Positions 14,221 to 29,739 of a stretch of DNA of 64,000 bases are shown piece by piece. The stretch covers positions 6,820,001-6,884,000 of the forward strand of contig OX597835.1 of NCBI GenBank assembly GCA_951406725.2. Reading direction: 5' to 3'. Under the pieces are notes generated by a model. It was not told the origin of the DNA. It did no database searches and saw only the letters and a list, made by a program, of their open reading frames with translations. The stretch comes from Octopus vulgaris (Eukaryota). How positions within the stretch are numbered: position 1 is the first letter of the stretch; each line of letters begins with the position of its first letter. Made by a program: the position numbers and the translations under genes.

Positions 14221-14682
14221 TATTAGTATGCTCGCTCATATAGAAAGGTTTTAGCTTCATCTCCAAAGAAAAGAGAGAAATAAAAAAACAAAAACAGCAA
14301 AAACTATGTTATTAAGATATTTTTATCCGTTCATTCCTCTTTTCCATTCAACTCCCAATTCTCTATTTTTCTTCCAGCTTCCAACCTATCGACTGCTATT
14401 TAGTCTGTCGCATTATATTCAGTTGATGAAGCAGCGCTATTGATATATTCCGAGATATTCACAAACAATGTAATTATAGCTTAGTTCTCCTCTTTTTAAG
14501 ATTTAGCTTAAATTTTCTTTAGAAATGGAGTTTATTGTACGAATTTTACTCTGCCATTTATGCTAGCAATTGAATTTTGTTTCATAGTAAATGTTTACTT
14601 CACAGATGTGCCTAGTGTTTCTTTGGAAAAACACATTCCGAAGTTATTATTGCATTTGTTTCGGTAAGTGTATTGTGAAGTG

Positions 14683-14768
14683 GTTGCGATGGCAGCGGAA
14701 CAAACGAGTAAGATGGCGGCGGTTTATGCTTTTTAAGTGGTAGAGTTCTATGTCCGTTGCCATGACGC
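14683..14768. promoter_or_regulatory. Candidate regulatory cluster: YY1-type motif between two RFX X-box-like motifs
   Basis: AAGATGGCGGC at 14710-14720; GTTGCGATGGCAGC at 14683-14696; GTTGCCATGACGC at 14756-14768, all in non-repetitive DNA. Confidence 0.35.
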
Positions 14769-14844
14769 ATGGCACTAAAAATGGCTAAGCATACGCAACT
14801 GTATATACAATGTTACAGGACAGGATCCGTTTACCTGCTTAAAA

Positions 14845-14994
<150 letters not shown>

Positions 14995-15008
14995 CATTAT
15001 TATTTATT

Positions 15009-15039
<31 letters not shown>

Positions 15040-15051
15040 TTATTATTATTA

Positions 15052-15156
<105 letters not shown>

Positions 15157-15300
15157 GCATTTTGGCCCATGTCTTCACGTTCCCAGTTCAGATTTCGCCG
15201 AGGTCCACTTTACCTTTCATCCTTTTGACTGGGGCCGATGTAAACGACTTATCTCCTCCTTCGAAATTGCTGGCCTTGTGCCAAAATTTTAAGACATTAC

Positions 15301-15970
<670 letters not shown>

Positions 15971-16141
15971 TATTATTATTATTATTATTGCATTTTGGCC
16001 CATGTCTTCACGTTCCCAGTTCAGATTTCGCCGAGGTCCACTTTACCTTTCATCCTTTTGACTGGGGCCGATGTAAACGACTTATCTCCTCCTTCGAAAT
16101 TGCTGGCCTTGTGCCAAAATTTTAAGACATTATCATTATCA

Positions 16142-16214
<73 letters not shown>

Positions 16215-16237
16215 CATTATTAGTATTATTGTTATTT

Positions 16238-16500
16238 AGTAGTCTTATTTTTACCACGTGCTTTCACTGCACTACCGAGCGCAGCTCTGTGTGCCTTGGG
16301 TATGTGCTGTTGTTTGTTTTGGTGCTCTTATTTTCACTGTATTGAAAGTGTTTTACATAGGATGTGTGCAGTGCCTAGTAGTGCTATTTTCTGTATGTTA
16401 TATACACTTGAAAGTCCTGGTGTTTTGGCTATGTATTTGTCTGAATGTTCTTTTTTTTATCATAGCTAATGCGCCTACTATGATAGGAGCAATTGATAAG
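16238..16500 (-). mobile_element. R4/Dong-like LINE 3' end
   Basis: PIIVGALAMIKK...YNIQKIALLGTAHILCKTLSIQ* followed by (AAT)n. Confidence 0.8.
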
Positions 16501-18120
16501 AGAGTGGTAGGAAAGTTGGTGGCGGTTCGAGTAATAAGAGAGATGAAGGTGGAGGTGTAGGGTAAGTTGAAGGTATGCTCAACCACCGAGGGAGAAGTTG
16601 TGAAGGTAAGTGAATTGGATAGGGGAGAGAAGGAGCAAGCGTATGTAGCGAAACTGAGAGGTGAATATGAAGAGGTTGAGAAATAGGAGGTAGGCGATGT
16701 GGGGGTGGAATTGGAGGTGTTTAGACAGGCAGTAATGAGATGTTCCTTTGAGGTATGTGGTGCACAAGTGGCTGGAATGGGCGTGAGGAAAGGTAGTGAG
16801 TGGTGGAATGAGTAGGTAAGGGATACGGTGACAGAGAATAAAAGGGCCTTTGAAGAGTGGTTGCAAAAAAAGGGATGGAGAGGATTCTGATCGCTACAGA
16901 GAAGTGAAGAGGAGAGTAAAGAGGGTGGTGAGGGTGGCGGAATGGGAAGCGAGTGAAAGTTTTGTAATTTTTTTGTAAGAAATAAAAAGATGTTTTGGAA
17001 AGAAATATGGAGAGTAAGGTGGGTGGCTGGAAGAAGGGAAGAAAGGGTGAAGGGTGTAGATGGAAATTTGTTGAAAGGAAGTGAGGATGTACAAAGGAGA
17101 TGAGCAGAGTAATTTAGTGGAAGATGTTAGGGAGGCAAGTATAGTGGCTGTGTGGGGCTGTTGGGGAGAAGGATGCCTGTTGTTGGGTGAATCGAACTAC
17201 GGTGCAATAGGAAGAGATGGGATGAAGGAATACCTGCGGAAGATGGCAAACCGAAAAGCTCCAGGTATAGATGGCTGTAGAGTGGAATGCCTAAAGAAAG
17301 GAGGAGTGACAGTGATGGAATGGTTAGGGAGGCTTATGAAGGTTTGTTATATGGCTGGAAGAGTACCAAGTATCTGGGATCACACGTGGCTGAGGTGAGA
17401 TACATAGCGAGGGAGGGGGCAAGATAATTGGAGTTGTAAAAGGTATGGTGAAAAATAAAAGGTTGAGTATGAAAGCGAGAAGAGGTCTGTATGAGGACGT
17501 GATTCTGCTGACAATGTTATATGGTGCAGAGACGTGGGGGGCTGAGAGAGGCTGAAAGGAGGCGACTGGATGTGTTTGAGACGAGATGTCTGAGGGCTAT
17601 CGTTTGTGTGACACGGATGGACAGGATGAAGAAATGAGGAGGTACGAAGACGATCACGAATGAGAGAAATACTAACAACCAAATTAGATAGACGATTGTT
17701 GAAGTGGTTTGACCACAAAGAGAGGATGGATGAGGAGTGGATTGGGAGTGGATGGTAAGAAGGGTGATGAAGGCAGAAGTGAGAGGCAGCGGAACCAGAG
17801 GCAGACCTCGGTTTGTGTGAATGGATGGAGTGAAGAAAGCTTTGGTGGTCAGAGGTGTTGGAGTGAGAGAGAGGCAAGAGACTTTATAAATGATAGGAAA
17901 GCTTGGAGAGTGTTTTTGGACGGATGAGTGAATTTTGATGTTTCTCAAAGGGGTACTGAATCGGCATGATGCGGCAGGGGTGAACCAGCATATGCTGTCG
18001 GGCTTTGCTGCTGATATTGGGGGTTGCGTTCTATGCCTTGACCCGAGCATAGAACGGGGCTTGCCGCTTTGAGCTGGGAAAAGAATGGAATGCCTGGTGT
18101 GAGTCTTGTTGTGGCTACCC
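16500..18120 (+). mobile_element. Decayed RTE-like LINE with most of the RT core deleted
   Basis: MANRKAPGIDGCRVECLKKGG..WLGRLMKVC (start of RT region) joined near 17370 to the post-RT region (MLYGAETW..RRRLDVFETRCLRAI); many stops and frameshifts; strong purine skew. Confidence 0.8.
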
Positions 18121-18189
18121 CTTCCTAAAAAAAAGATGGAGAATAGGCCTGGGTATATATAAAAACAAAAAAAAAAACAAATGATAAGA

Positions 18190-19050
18190 ATTGCTTCTCT
18201 TTCTTTAGGCTCCACATTCGATTTACTTCTATTTCCAGATCTTTGTATTTTGAAAGAGGATTTCACTTTTTTTACAGCTTTTGTTGTTTCTTCTTTTTCT
18301 TCATAGTTGTTTGGTACTCTAACTTCTTTTTTGTATTTCTCAGTTTCCTTAAAGCCAAAAATCAGTTTTCTTTTTGTTTTGCTTGTATTTCATGGCTATT
18401 TGTATAAGTTATTTTTGCTTCTGAATTAGGTATTTCTGTAATCCTACGGGAGTTATTTTCTAATAGTTTTCTAGCTATATAAGGTCTCAACCACCTTCGA
18501 TATGTTGTATAATTAACCTTTCTATGCAAGATTTTGGGTGGTGCATCCTAAATCCTGTCATTCTTTTTCTTGTTTTCCTGTCTATTTTGATTAACTTATT
18601 TACATTTCAGTTAAGAATATTCTAGCTGTAACTTATTACTGAGACGGCTATTATCTTGTTTTTCGCATTGACCTCTGTTTTCAGTATTAATCTAACTCGT
18701 CTATAGTATTTTTTCTTATCTTCTTTTTCATTTGTGTGTATTATATCGTATCTACTTCATTGACTCCTAAGTATTTGTATGTCTGGCTTTGGTCTAAATC
18801 TCTTATTTGCTTTATCTAGTATGATGTTACTCTTAACTAGTTTTCCTCTTTTCAAGGTTGCTTTGGTACATTTTTCTAAGCCAACTTTCATGTTTATCTT
18901 TTTGGTAAATCCATGTACTGTCTGTAGTAATGCTTCCAGCTGTTTGTCATTTGTAGCGAACAGTTTTAGATCATCAACACACTAGAGATGGCTGATTATT
19001 TTGTATTAACAGTTGTATCCACACCCAGTTATGCTTAGCATATCAGATAA
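18190..19050 (-). mobile_element. R4/Dong-like LINE reverse transcriptase fragment (pseudogene)
   Basis: Minus-strand translation includes VDDLKLFATNDKQLEALLQTV..GLEKCTKATLKRGK..YKYLGV..YYRRVRLILKTEVNAKNKI..DRKTRKRMT..RMHHP. Confidence 0.85.
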
Positions 19051-19054
19051 ATGT

Positions 19055-19477
19055 GCCAGTGCCTAGCAAAAAAGGTTATTATCATTATTCTATGTTTGAT
19101 TTTTGCTTTATATTTGTACAAGTTGGCTCCAAGTCTCACCCAGAGACCTCAAGAGACAACAGGTTGGGAGTTCGTGATGTTGTTATGCCTAGTGTGCCAT
19201 ATATTTGGCTTTGTATTTAGTGTTGTACTAGTGAATGTCAAAAAAAAAAACAACGAAAAAAAAAACGAAAAGTATGTTTCTTTTAAAACTTGAGATTACA
19301 TAGAAAGTATTTTGCGTAGGATATGAGTAGTTCCCATGAGCGCTATCTTTTGGATTTCTGCCATTTTGAGGTTTCCTGGTATCTGAGTTAGGTAGCGATC
19401 AACCCCTTTTGCTATCATTCCCAGGGCACCTATGACAACAGGTATTGTTTTAGCCTTCAGGTTCCACATTTTGCTGA

Positions 19478-19480
<3 letters not shown>
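19055..19480 (-). mobile_element. 3' end of a second R4/Dong-like LINE family
   Basis: ISKMWNLKAKTIPVVIGALGMIAKG..IPGNLKMAEIQKIALMGTTHILRKILSM*. Confidence 0.85.
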
Positions 19481-19561
<81 letters not shown>

Positions 19562-19571
19562 TATTATTATT

Positions 19572-20125
19572 GAGTGAGAGAGCAGTTCATGCCATCAAAG
19601 TGACACTGGGGTAAAATATACGAAGCCCAATATACCCATCATGACTACCCGTCTGATAAAGGTACACCAGGCACATGCATCACAACCATATGTGCGCGAC
19701 ATGGTGATCTTATATCAAGATAAACAGCACATGACCTTGCAGGTGGGGCCCAGTTAGAATTTTCTTCAGGTTGAGTAGCCCATCCCGCTCAAACGGTCCC
19801 TGAATAAGGGTTGTTTAAGGATGTTGAAAAACCCACCCATGTTTCCAGAGGTGAACTATTCAAACCCCAAAGAATCCCTCTCAACACATGGCTATGATGC
19901 TCCCCCACTACATCTGCTCGTGCTCAGAGATGCACATATCGTCAGCCACTAAGGGACATGCTCAACTGGTTAAGGTCAAACAACTGACAAGCAAATCTGT
20001 GGTATTGATAAGAATATTTGCTGTAGCCCATCTTTTATACCAAGACAAAACAACGTACATGATAACACTTCCAATCAGTTAAGATCAGAAGCCATGAGAG
20101 CCACTGCCTGGTACTGCATCAGGGC

Positions 20126-20128
<3 letters not shown>
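19572..20128 (-). mobile_element. Family D (AAT)n-tailed retroelement
   Basis: Reverse complement of 4213-4772; flanked by (ATT)n on both sides. Confidence 0.88.
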
Positions 20129-20205
<77 letters not shown>

Positions 20206-20322
20206 CAATCACGAGGCCGGCAATTTTTAAGGGAGGGCTTCAGTCGAGAACGTCGACTTGTACATTTTTATATCGAGACTGTACAAATGACAACTGGTGC
20301 TGCAACAACAACAACAACAACA

Positions 20323-20386
<64 letters not shown>

Positions 20387-20451
20387 ATAATAATAATAAT
20401 AATAATAACAACAACAACAAAAATAATAATAATAATAATAATGATAAAGAC

Positions 20452-20620
20452 ACAAGGCCTGAAATTTGGGGAGAGAAGGGCGTAGTCTATTACATCGACC
20501 CCCAGTGCATGATTGGTACTTAATTTATCGACCGCGGAAAGGATGAAAGGCAAAGTCGACCTCGTCGGAATTAGAACACAACGTAGCGACGGGCGAAATA
20601 CCGTTAAGCATTTCATCCAG
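20452..20620 (-). mobile_element. SINE family B
   Basis: GAAAGGATGAAAGGCAAAGTCGACCTCG signature. Confidence 0.8.
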
Positions 20621-20664
20621 AGTGCGAAGAAGAAGAAGAAGAAGAAGAAGAAGAAGAAGAAGAA

Positions 20665-20930
20665 GCCGAACCGCTAAGTTACCGGGACATAAACACACCA
20701 GCATCGGTTGTCAAGCGATGTTGGGAGTACAAACACAGACACACAAGCACACACACAAATATATATACTCATACGACGAGCTTCTTTCAGTTTCCGTCTA
20801 CCAAATCCACTCCCAAGGCTTTGGCCGGCCCGAAGCTATAGTAGAAGACACTTGCCCAAGATGCCAAGCAGTGGGAATGAACCAGGAACCATGTGGTTGG
20901 TAAGCAAGCTACTTACCACACAGCCACGCC
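20665..20930 (-). mobile_element. SINE family C
   Basis: Matches the family C head and body. Confidence 0.85.
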
Positions 20931-21131
20931 TGGAGTGTCCATTGTTATTGTTAGTAATTAAAATAATTAAAAATAAATTGCAAAACTTTATTAAAAACAA
21001 TTATCGTTTAGTGTTTGTTTTGTTTCCCAAGTTTCGTTACAAACTTTGGAACTTGTCGCCAGGGAGAAATTAATGACTATTCATTGTTCAACAACATTCG
21101 TTCTTCGACGATGATGATCCCACCTAGTCAC

Positions 21132-21410
<279 letters not shown>

Positions 21411-21694
21411 CAAACCGCCACCCTCGCCTATACTGCATGCGCCAATGCCGCCGGCAACAACGCCTTCGCTACGGCCGCACGTACCACCAGTTCCGACCTG
21501 AATGCCAACACCAGTACCACCGCCGCCGCCGCCACCCGCGCCACCGCCGCCGCCCCCACCGCCGCCCCCGCTTTCGCCAAATTCCTTTCCGTCCTCTTCT
21601 TTCTGTTTTTTCGTCTTAATTTTTCAGTCGATTTAATCTTAATTTATTTTTCATTTTTACATTTAGACGCTCTCTCTGCTTTCTATGGATTGTT

Positions 21695-22170
21695 CAACAA
21701 CAACAACAGCAACAACGACATCACCACCACCACCACCACCACCACTAACAACAACAACAATAATAGCAACAACAACAATAGCAACAACAACGACACCACC
21801 TCCACCACCACTATAACCACCACCACCACCACTACCACAACCAAGAACAACAACAACAACAATAGCAGCAACAACGACACTACCACCACCACCACTACCA
21901 CCACCACCACCACAACCAACAACAACAACAACAACAATAGCAGCAACAACGACACCACCTCCACCACCACTATAACCACCACTACCAGCACCACCACCAC
22001 CACCACCACCACTAACAACAACAACAAAGATACCACCTCCACCACCACCACCACTAACAACAACAACAACAACAACAACAATAGCAGCAACAACGACACC
22101 ACCTCCACCACCACTATAACCAGCACCACCACCAACAACAACAAGAATAAGAACGGCAGCAACAATGTCA
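21695..22170. repeat. Higher-order minisatellite built from AAC/ACC triplets
   Basis: Recurrent unit AATAGC(AGC)AACAACGACACCACCTCCACCACCACTATAACC, about 4 copies. Confidence 0.8.
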
Positions 22171-22642
22171 GAAACAAACGGTAATGCTTTTAGCAACTGC
22201 AGCACTAAAGACAACAAAGACATCATCATCATCATCATCAACATCAACAACAACAGCAACAGCAACGAAAACAACACTAAACCATCACCACCACCACCAC
22301 CACCACCATCGCAAACAACAACAACAACAACAACAACAGCAATAGCAACAAAAACACTGACGACAACAAGAGGTAAAGTCCAAAGAAGCGAAAAGGAGCG
22401 AAAAATAAAGACCGAAACTAGCAAAAAAAAAAAAAGAAGAGAAAAATAAAACAAAAGATAAACCAAAATAAAAGAGTAAAAAAAAAAAAACCCAATAAAA
22501 TAAAATCGATTAATTTACAATCCATTAAAAAGTTGTAACAAGTCGATAATTTGTACGTCATGCAAATAGATCTTTGCATGAAATATATACACAGGTAGAT
22601 ATATATACACAGTCATATATACACGTGTATGCTATCACACAA

Positions 22643-22673
<31 letters not shown>

Positions 22674-22703
22674 ATCTATGTATATCTATGTATAAATGTG
22701 TAC

Positions 22704-22739
<36 letters not shown>

Positions 22740-22810
22740 GTGTGTGTTTGTATTATTGTACATATTTGTATCCTAGCATGTGTTTTAAGCTGTGCTTACG
22801 TATTTGACCA

Positions 22811-22977
<167 letters not shown>

Positions 22978-23098
22978 AAAGAATAAAAGAATATATATAT
23001 ACATATATATACACATATATATATATGTATATGTATATATATACATACATACACCCACACACGTGAGTGCAACAGTCTAACCACTAACCGATAATAAT

Positions 23099-23402
23099 TA
23101 CTCTTTTACTCTTCTCTTTTACTTGTTTCAGTCATTTGACTGCTGCCAGGCTGGAGCACCACTTTTAGTCGAATAAATCGACCCCCAGGACTTATTCTTT
23201 GTAAGCCCAGTACTTGTTCTATAGGTCTCTTTTATACGACGGGCTTCTTTCTGTTTCCGTCTACCAAATCCACTCACAAGGCTTTGGTCGGCTTGAGGCT
23301 ATAGTAGAAGATACTTGCCCAAGGTGCCACGAAGTGGGACTGAACCCGGAACCATGTGGTTGGTAAGCAAGCTACTTACTACACAACCACTCCCACGCCT
23401 AT
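23099..23402 (-). mobile_element. SINE family C, internally deleted
   Basis: Family C head and tail without the central microsatellite part. Confidence 0.85.
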
Positions 23403-23404
23403 GT

Positions 23405-24850
23405 TCAATTTTATTGAAATACAAAAATAAATTATTTAATAGTTAAAGAAAACCGTACTGAAGCAGAAACGCTCTGTTCTAAGCTATAACGCCAGGTCGA
23501 ATAATGTTGCAAAAATTATGCAAAACGGGCAAATTATAAAAATATTTCAATGATATTTTCATGCAATATATTAACGATAGTTTGTTCGTCCACCGCCTTT
23601 CTGAGTTTCTTCAAAACCACGCGATTTTATGCTCCCAATCAACTGTAGTGGATCAAATGGAAGGTCTTCCCAGACCTTCTTTATTGCCATTTCAAGTCCA
23701 TCAACAGATGAATACTGCTTGCCTTCGCTGTACACAACATTCGTGTGATATCCCCCCCCCCCCCGGCATTCTCTACAGAATTGTGGTCGGGACTTTTTGC
23801 TGGCCATGGCGTGACTTCAACCCCAGTTGCTGGGATGAAATCCAAAGTTGCCATTGCTTTATGATTAGAAGCATTGTCCTGTTGAAATATGAAGCTCTGG
23901 AGCTTTCTTCCTTCTCCGTCAAGGTGAGCCCTGTCCAAAATATCGATGTATATGCAGCATTGAAACGGCCATTCATGATGACAAGTGACAGCTTCCCATT
24001 GGCAGATATTGCTCCCCACACCATAAGATCTCCTTCGCTGTTCTGCCACTTGGAATAAGTAGAATTTTGTATAAATTTATCTGCCCAGTATTATTTATAG
24101 GCGACGGGACCACCATCAAAATTCCATTTTTTCCCATCAGAGAACAGAAATCTGGACCATTCACCATCCCACGTCTGATGCTGCCAAGCAAACTCCAATC
24201 AAACAGCTTTGTGGGAAGGGAGCAATAACGGACGTCCTAGCCACTTCTTCAAATGGAAACCATACTTCCAAATCAGTCTCTTCTTACGGTAGCTGTCAAG
24301 ACCTCTAGTTTTGATAATGCCTTGATTTTGGGAACTCAAGAGCTGCGTGACTTCTTCACAGTTCTGACAATGGCTCTTTCATCCCTTTCTTAGGTAGTCT
24401 TGGGACGTTCACCAGCATGAACCCCGTTGTAGCTGTTAGGATCTTTCAGAAAATTGTCCACTGGCATTTTGCTTCGCCGAATCTTCTCGGCAAACTTCCG
24501 TTTACTCTTCCTTCCGCTTTCAGTGTTAGGATCTTCTCTTGCTCAATTTCGGAAAGCTTTGTAGCTTTCGGCATTCAGGAAATGAAATCTGAATCATGGT
24601 GAATACGTTTTGAGCCGAATATTTTCCGAAATAATCTGGAAGGAAATGAGAATGTATTAGTGGCTTTATAGGTTTGAAGTGTTGATATGCTAATGAAAAT
24701 TGGAAAAATCAGATGTTGAAATGGGATAATAAAGGTACAAGGTTTACATTTCAAGGAAATGCCCATTTACAATGGATTAGTCTGCTTAAGTACGGAACTG
24801 AATTTCTAACTTGAAAAAAACATGTGGCTTTATAGTTTTGAATAGTAGTT
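23405..24850 (-). mobile_element. Tc1/Tc3-like DD34E transposon with pseudogenised transposase (ATG at 24574 to ~23571)
   Basis: MPKATKLSEIEQEKILTLK..; FSDGKKWNFDG (cf. Tc3 FSDEKKFNLDG); MVWGAISANG; FQQDNASNHK; WPAKSPDHNSVEN; frameshifted. Confidence 0.9.
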
Positions 24851-25079
24851 TATATCTGCGTGTAAACATATGTTTTCAAATGCACCAATGGATAGACATC
24901 TATAAATATGGTCTTGCATACATAGATGTATGTAAATACGTGTCTGTCTGTCTGTCTGTATGTATGTATGTATGTATTCATGCATGTATGTGAATATGTA
25001 TGTTATCTGTTTATCTAACTCAGCATCTGTTTGATTGTCTGTTTGTCGGTGTATCTACCCGTTTCCTATATGTCGATTC

Positions 25080-25261
<182 letters not shown>

Positions 25262-25302
25262 GCCTATATGCATGCATACATGTATGTCTCTTTCTTTCTA
25301 TC

Positions 25303-25347
<45 letters not shown>

Positions 25348-25920
25348 ATCTATAATCATGAATTTCTGTATGCATCTTTGTGTGTATGTATGTATGTATA
25401 TGAATACACACGTCCACACAACCACTAAAATCTCTTTTACATAAGATATTTATATTAAGAACTATGTCAAAACACAAATAGACAAAAATGATATGATAGC
25501 AACAAAAAAAAAACGAAAATAAAAAATCAATCTCAAAGCAGAAAGCAAAGCAAATACCAAAAAAGCAAGAAAAAACAAAAAAAAAAACAAAAAAAACTAA
25601 TTATAGAAATGATTCATATTGGACTATTTTAGCAGAGTCGTGTCTTGTGGCTATTTAAGAATTTACCATTTCGAAATGCATGAAGACATGGTAAAAACGG
25701 AGAAGCGTCTTTTATCGTAAACAGGGAAATGAGAAATTGAGAATAACTCGAGAAAAAGAAAAAGAAAAGAGAAAAGAAGAAGAAGAAAATAGATGAAATA
25801 CCTTATGTTGCAATTTTCAAAAGTTGCATAGAATAGCGGTTATTAACGAGTCATCTATATCTTCGTTAACGGCCTAAGTGGCCTCACATACATACATACA
25901 CACACACACACACATATATA

Positions 25921-25951
<31 letters not shown>

Positions 25952-26011
25952 CTATATGTGTGTGTGTGTATGTACGTGTGTATGTATATATATGTATGTA
26001 TATACATATGG

Positions 26012-26044
<33 letters not shown>

Positions 26045-26082
26045 TGTATGTATGTATGTATGTATCTATCTATCTATCTATA

Positions 26083-26182
<100 letters not shown>

Positions 26183-26524
26183 TATGTATATATATATATA
26201 CACATATATATTTTCGAACAGGTGAGATCAGCACCTTCTACCAGCACAACCTAGCAACCACGGACCGGTTTCTGGGATAATGTTCTTTATCAGTGGGATA
26301 GCTTGGTTGGCTAGATGTCGCTACTGAACTGCTGTTAAAAATATAGATTTCAAAGGAACAACGTTAAAACTTTAGTAGCTTGATCGATTTGTCATTGAAC
26401 CAGAATTTTAATTTCATTTGATACACATTTTGCTGTCATTTATATGGAGAATTGCAAGCGTGGTATAGAAAGACAACTTATTTAAATAGAAATTTTATTT
26501 GTATATTTCCGTAAATGTTTTTCT

Positions 26525-27216
26525 GGCGCACCCCCACACGTATACTCGGCCCGTGGTCGGAAATAAGGTAAAGAATGACTCGTCCGAGAAAATAACATTC
26601 TACCACTACTCTAGGCACCAATTCTGTAGGTTTTTACTCCACTCTAAACGCTTTGCAATGTCTGTTTTTGAAAGTAGTGGTTTTCTGATTGTAGACCTCC
26701 CATGAAATCCAGCTTTGTGCAGTTCTTGGCGAACAGATTTTGTGGAAACTGGATTCTTGAGGTGGTTATTAAACCCTGCAGTAATTTTGGGATCTGTACT
26801 TTTGTGATCCTTTGTAACAATTCGCGTAAGAGTCCCTAACTGAAAGTTTCGGTTTTCTTCTGGAGTTTGGTTTTGTCGACGAGGTTTTTGCCTCTTTCTA
26901 AAAGGCTGTCATTACTTTCGAGAAGTACTTCTTGATACACCAAGCATTTTAGCTGTTTTCGTTACGCTAGCGCCTACCAGACGAGCACCAGCAATTTGAC
27001 CTCTTTGAAAGTCCGATAGATCTGTCATTTTAATGAAATTTAATTACCATTTTCTGATGATATCTGAAAAGAAACAGCAATTTGAGCAAATCATAAGCAA
27101 CCCTAATAATTAATCAAAAACATAAAAAATAAACATGCTTTTGATGGTTTTATAGATATTTCAAAATTATGATGCTATGATGCTAGGTGTTTCCATTATT
27201 TTGTCCAACCCCTGTG
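26525..27216 (-). mobile_element. Tc1-like transposon 5' half (TIR plus N-terminal transposase, ATG at 27028)
   Basis: TIR CAGGGGTTGGACAAAATAATGGAAACACC next to TA; MTDLSDFQRGQIAGARLVGASVTKTAKMLGVSRST; VIFSDESFFTLFPTTGRVYVW; truncated. Confidence 0.9.
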
Positions 27217-27370
<154 letters not shown>

Positions 27371-27378
27371 ATACATAC

Positions 27379-27419
<41 letters not shown>

Positions 27420-27446
27420 CTATATATATATATATATACATGCATA

Positions 27447-27577
<131 letters not shown>

Positions 27578-28083
27578 TAAATTGTAAAATTAGTGAATAA
27601 TATAATTACATTCAGCAGCCCGTTCATTAGTAACCGCAATTAAGTAATTAACACTCCTAATTAATTCATTTGAATTAAATCAATTTATATGTTTATTCCA
27701 AGTCGTAATCATTGAATGTTATGAATAAATTCATATATCGCCAACTCTTAATATTCCTAACGATTTGTGATAAAGATCAAGCCATGTGAGATGTTGGGGC
27801 ATGCGCAGTTGCAGCACGTTGCTGCATTTATCATTTATCGGTATATTTTTCCCCGTGTCCTTCCGGGCAACCTGTCAAGCGGAGTTCCAGTCAGTCTACA
27901 TCTCCGTGAGTTATCTCCCCACCTGCCGTAGCCACCTGACATGTGGTCGAATAACAGAAGCCGTTAATACGGTCGAATCTTCAGTGAAGAGATCACCGTG
28001 AGCAGCGCCTGTCTTTGAAAATCGAGCGATGATGCCAGACAGTCTGAGCTAGCGCTTTCGAATCATACAAAATCGATTAAAAT

Positions 28084-28476
28084 TACTCTTTACTCTTTTA
28101 CTCTTTTACTTGTTTCAGTCATTTGACTGCGGCCATGCTGGAGCACCGCCTTTAATCGAGCAACTCGACCCCGGGACTTACTCTTTTGTAAGCCCAGTAC
28201 TTATTCTATCGGTCTCTTTTGCCGAACCGCTAAGTAACGGGGACGTAAACACACCAGCATCGGTTGTCAAGCAATGCTAGGGGGACAAACACAGATACAC
28301 AAACACACACATGCATATATATATATATATATATACGACAGGCTTCTTTTCACAAGGCTTTGGTCGGCCCGAGGCTATAGTAGAAGACACTTGCCCAAGG
28401 TGCCACGCAGTGGGACTGAACCCGGAACCATGTGGTTGGTAAACAAGCTACTTACCACACAGCCACTCCTGCGCCT
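28084..28476 (-). mobile_element. SINE family C, near full length
   Basis: Minus strand starts GGCGCAGGAGTGGCTGTGTGGTAAG; (AAAAGAGT)n tail. Confidence 0.9.
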
Positions 28477-28638
28477 AAATTAATTTTATTTAAATCACTT
28501 TCTGCATTCAAATTCCGTAATTATGAAATTAATGATGTTTATTGCTAATGAAACCACCGTTGGACGTAATTAAATTATTGACTATTTATGAAATTCATAC
28601 TCTTCTGCTTTTTATTCTAAATATATGTTACTCTAAAC

Positions 28639-28984
28639 CAGGTGTTCTCAGCCATTTTTTTTAACCTGCGGACCTCAGATTACTATTTTATTCTGGTGGA
28701 CCCCCATAGCTGGTCCCCCATAGATACTCCTTTCAAAAGTCCTACTTTGTTTTTCATACATTAACTTGTGTAGGTTCAACTATGTAAAATATTAGAGAAA
28801 GAAACCTAGCGTTTCTTGCAGTACATACCAATATATACCAATACATACATCTAAAGCAAAATTTGTTCAGGGGCCCCTAAAATACTATTGCGGATCCCCA
28901 ATTTACTATTTTGCTATGTGGCCCCCACCCCCAAATCTTGTATGGACATCCAGGTACCGTATGGAACCCGGTTGAGAACCACTC
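28639..28984. mobile_element. hAT (Charlie-like) MITE
   Basis: Degenerate TIRs CAGGTGTTCTCAGCC / GGTTGAGAACCACTC; internal GGACCCC-type subterminal motifs. Confidence 0.65.
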
Positions 28985-29099
28985 AGCTAAATGATTCTTT
29001 TAACCGAGTATGTATATATGAGGTGTATTCCAGATTTTTTGAGACTTCTCTAGGAGAGACTGTTATAATTGTCTTGGGTTATTGTCATTTTAGTATATC

Positions 29100-29500
29100 A
29101 TTACTAAGACACTTTATTTCACTTTATTTCACTTTATTTTGCTCCAGTTCACTCAGCTCTTGGAATAAATTGCGACGTCACTGGTGCCAAGCTGTACCGC
29201 CCTTGCCTTTCCCTTGGCATGGAGAGGGGACGTTGGTATGCGTGGGCGACTGCGGGTTTTCCATAAACGAACCTTGTCAGGATTTGTACCTAGAATGGTA
29301 ATTTTCTAGGTGCAATCCATGGTCATTCCCAACCGAAGTGGGTCTTTATCCTTTATCCTGTGCGGAGATGAGTCGCTGGTATGCGTGGGCGACTACTGGT
29401 CTTCCATAAACAACCTTGCCAGGATTTGTGCCCTGAACAGTAATTTTCTAGGTGCAGTCCCATGGTCATTCATGTCGGAGGGTCTCTTGCCCTTTTGCAC
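29100..29500 (+). mobile_element. SINE family E, partial, with tandemly duplicated 3' part
   Basis: Shares GCTCCAGTTCACTCA..CGTCACTGGTGCCAAGCTGTA with 40985-41325; the 3' segment occurs twice (~29218-29345 and ~29362-29490). Confidence 0.7.
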
Positions 29501-29641
29501 TTAATAAACTGATCTGCCAACATTTTATCTGAGATTGAAGGAGATTGTAACAGCACTTTGAAAACATCCTACTTATCACTGCAGAGCGCAATTCCATCCT
29601 GGTAACCAACTAACTGACAGGGATGGGAATCAAATCATTCA

Positions 29642-29706
<65 letters not shown>

Positions 29707-29739
29707 TTAAAAAGGAGATGTGGAACACGAGTTGTGATA

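Noticed and set aside
21690-22184. Mucin-like T/N-rich ORF
   Set aside because: Triplet minisatellite open in several frames, with no splice or domain support.
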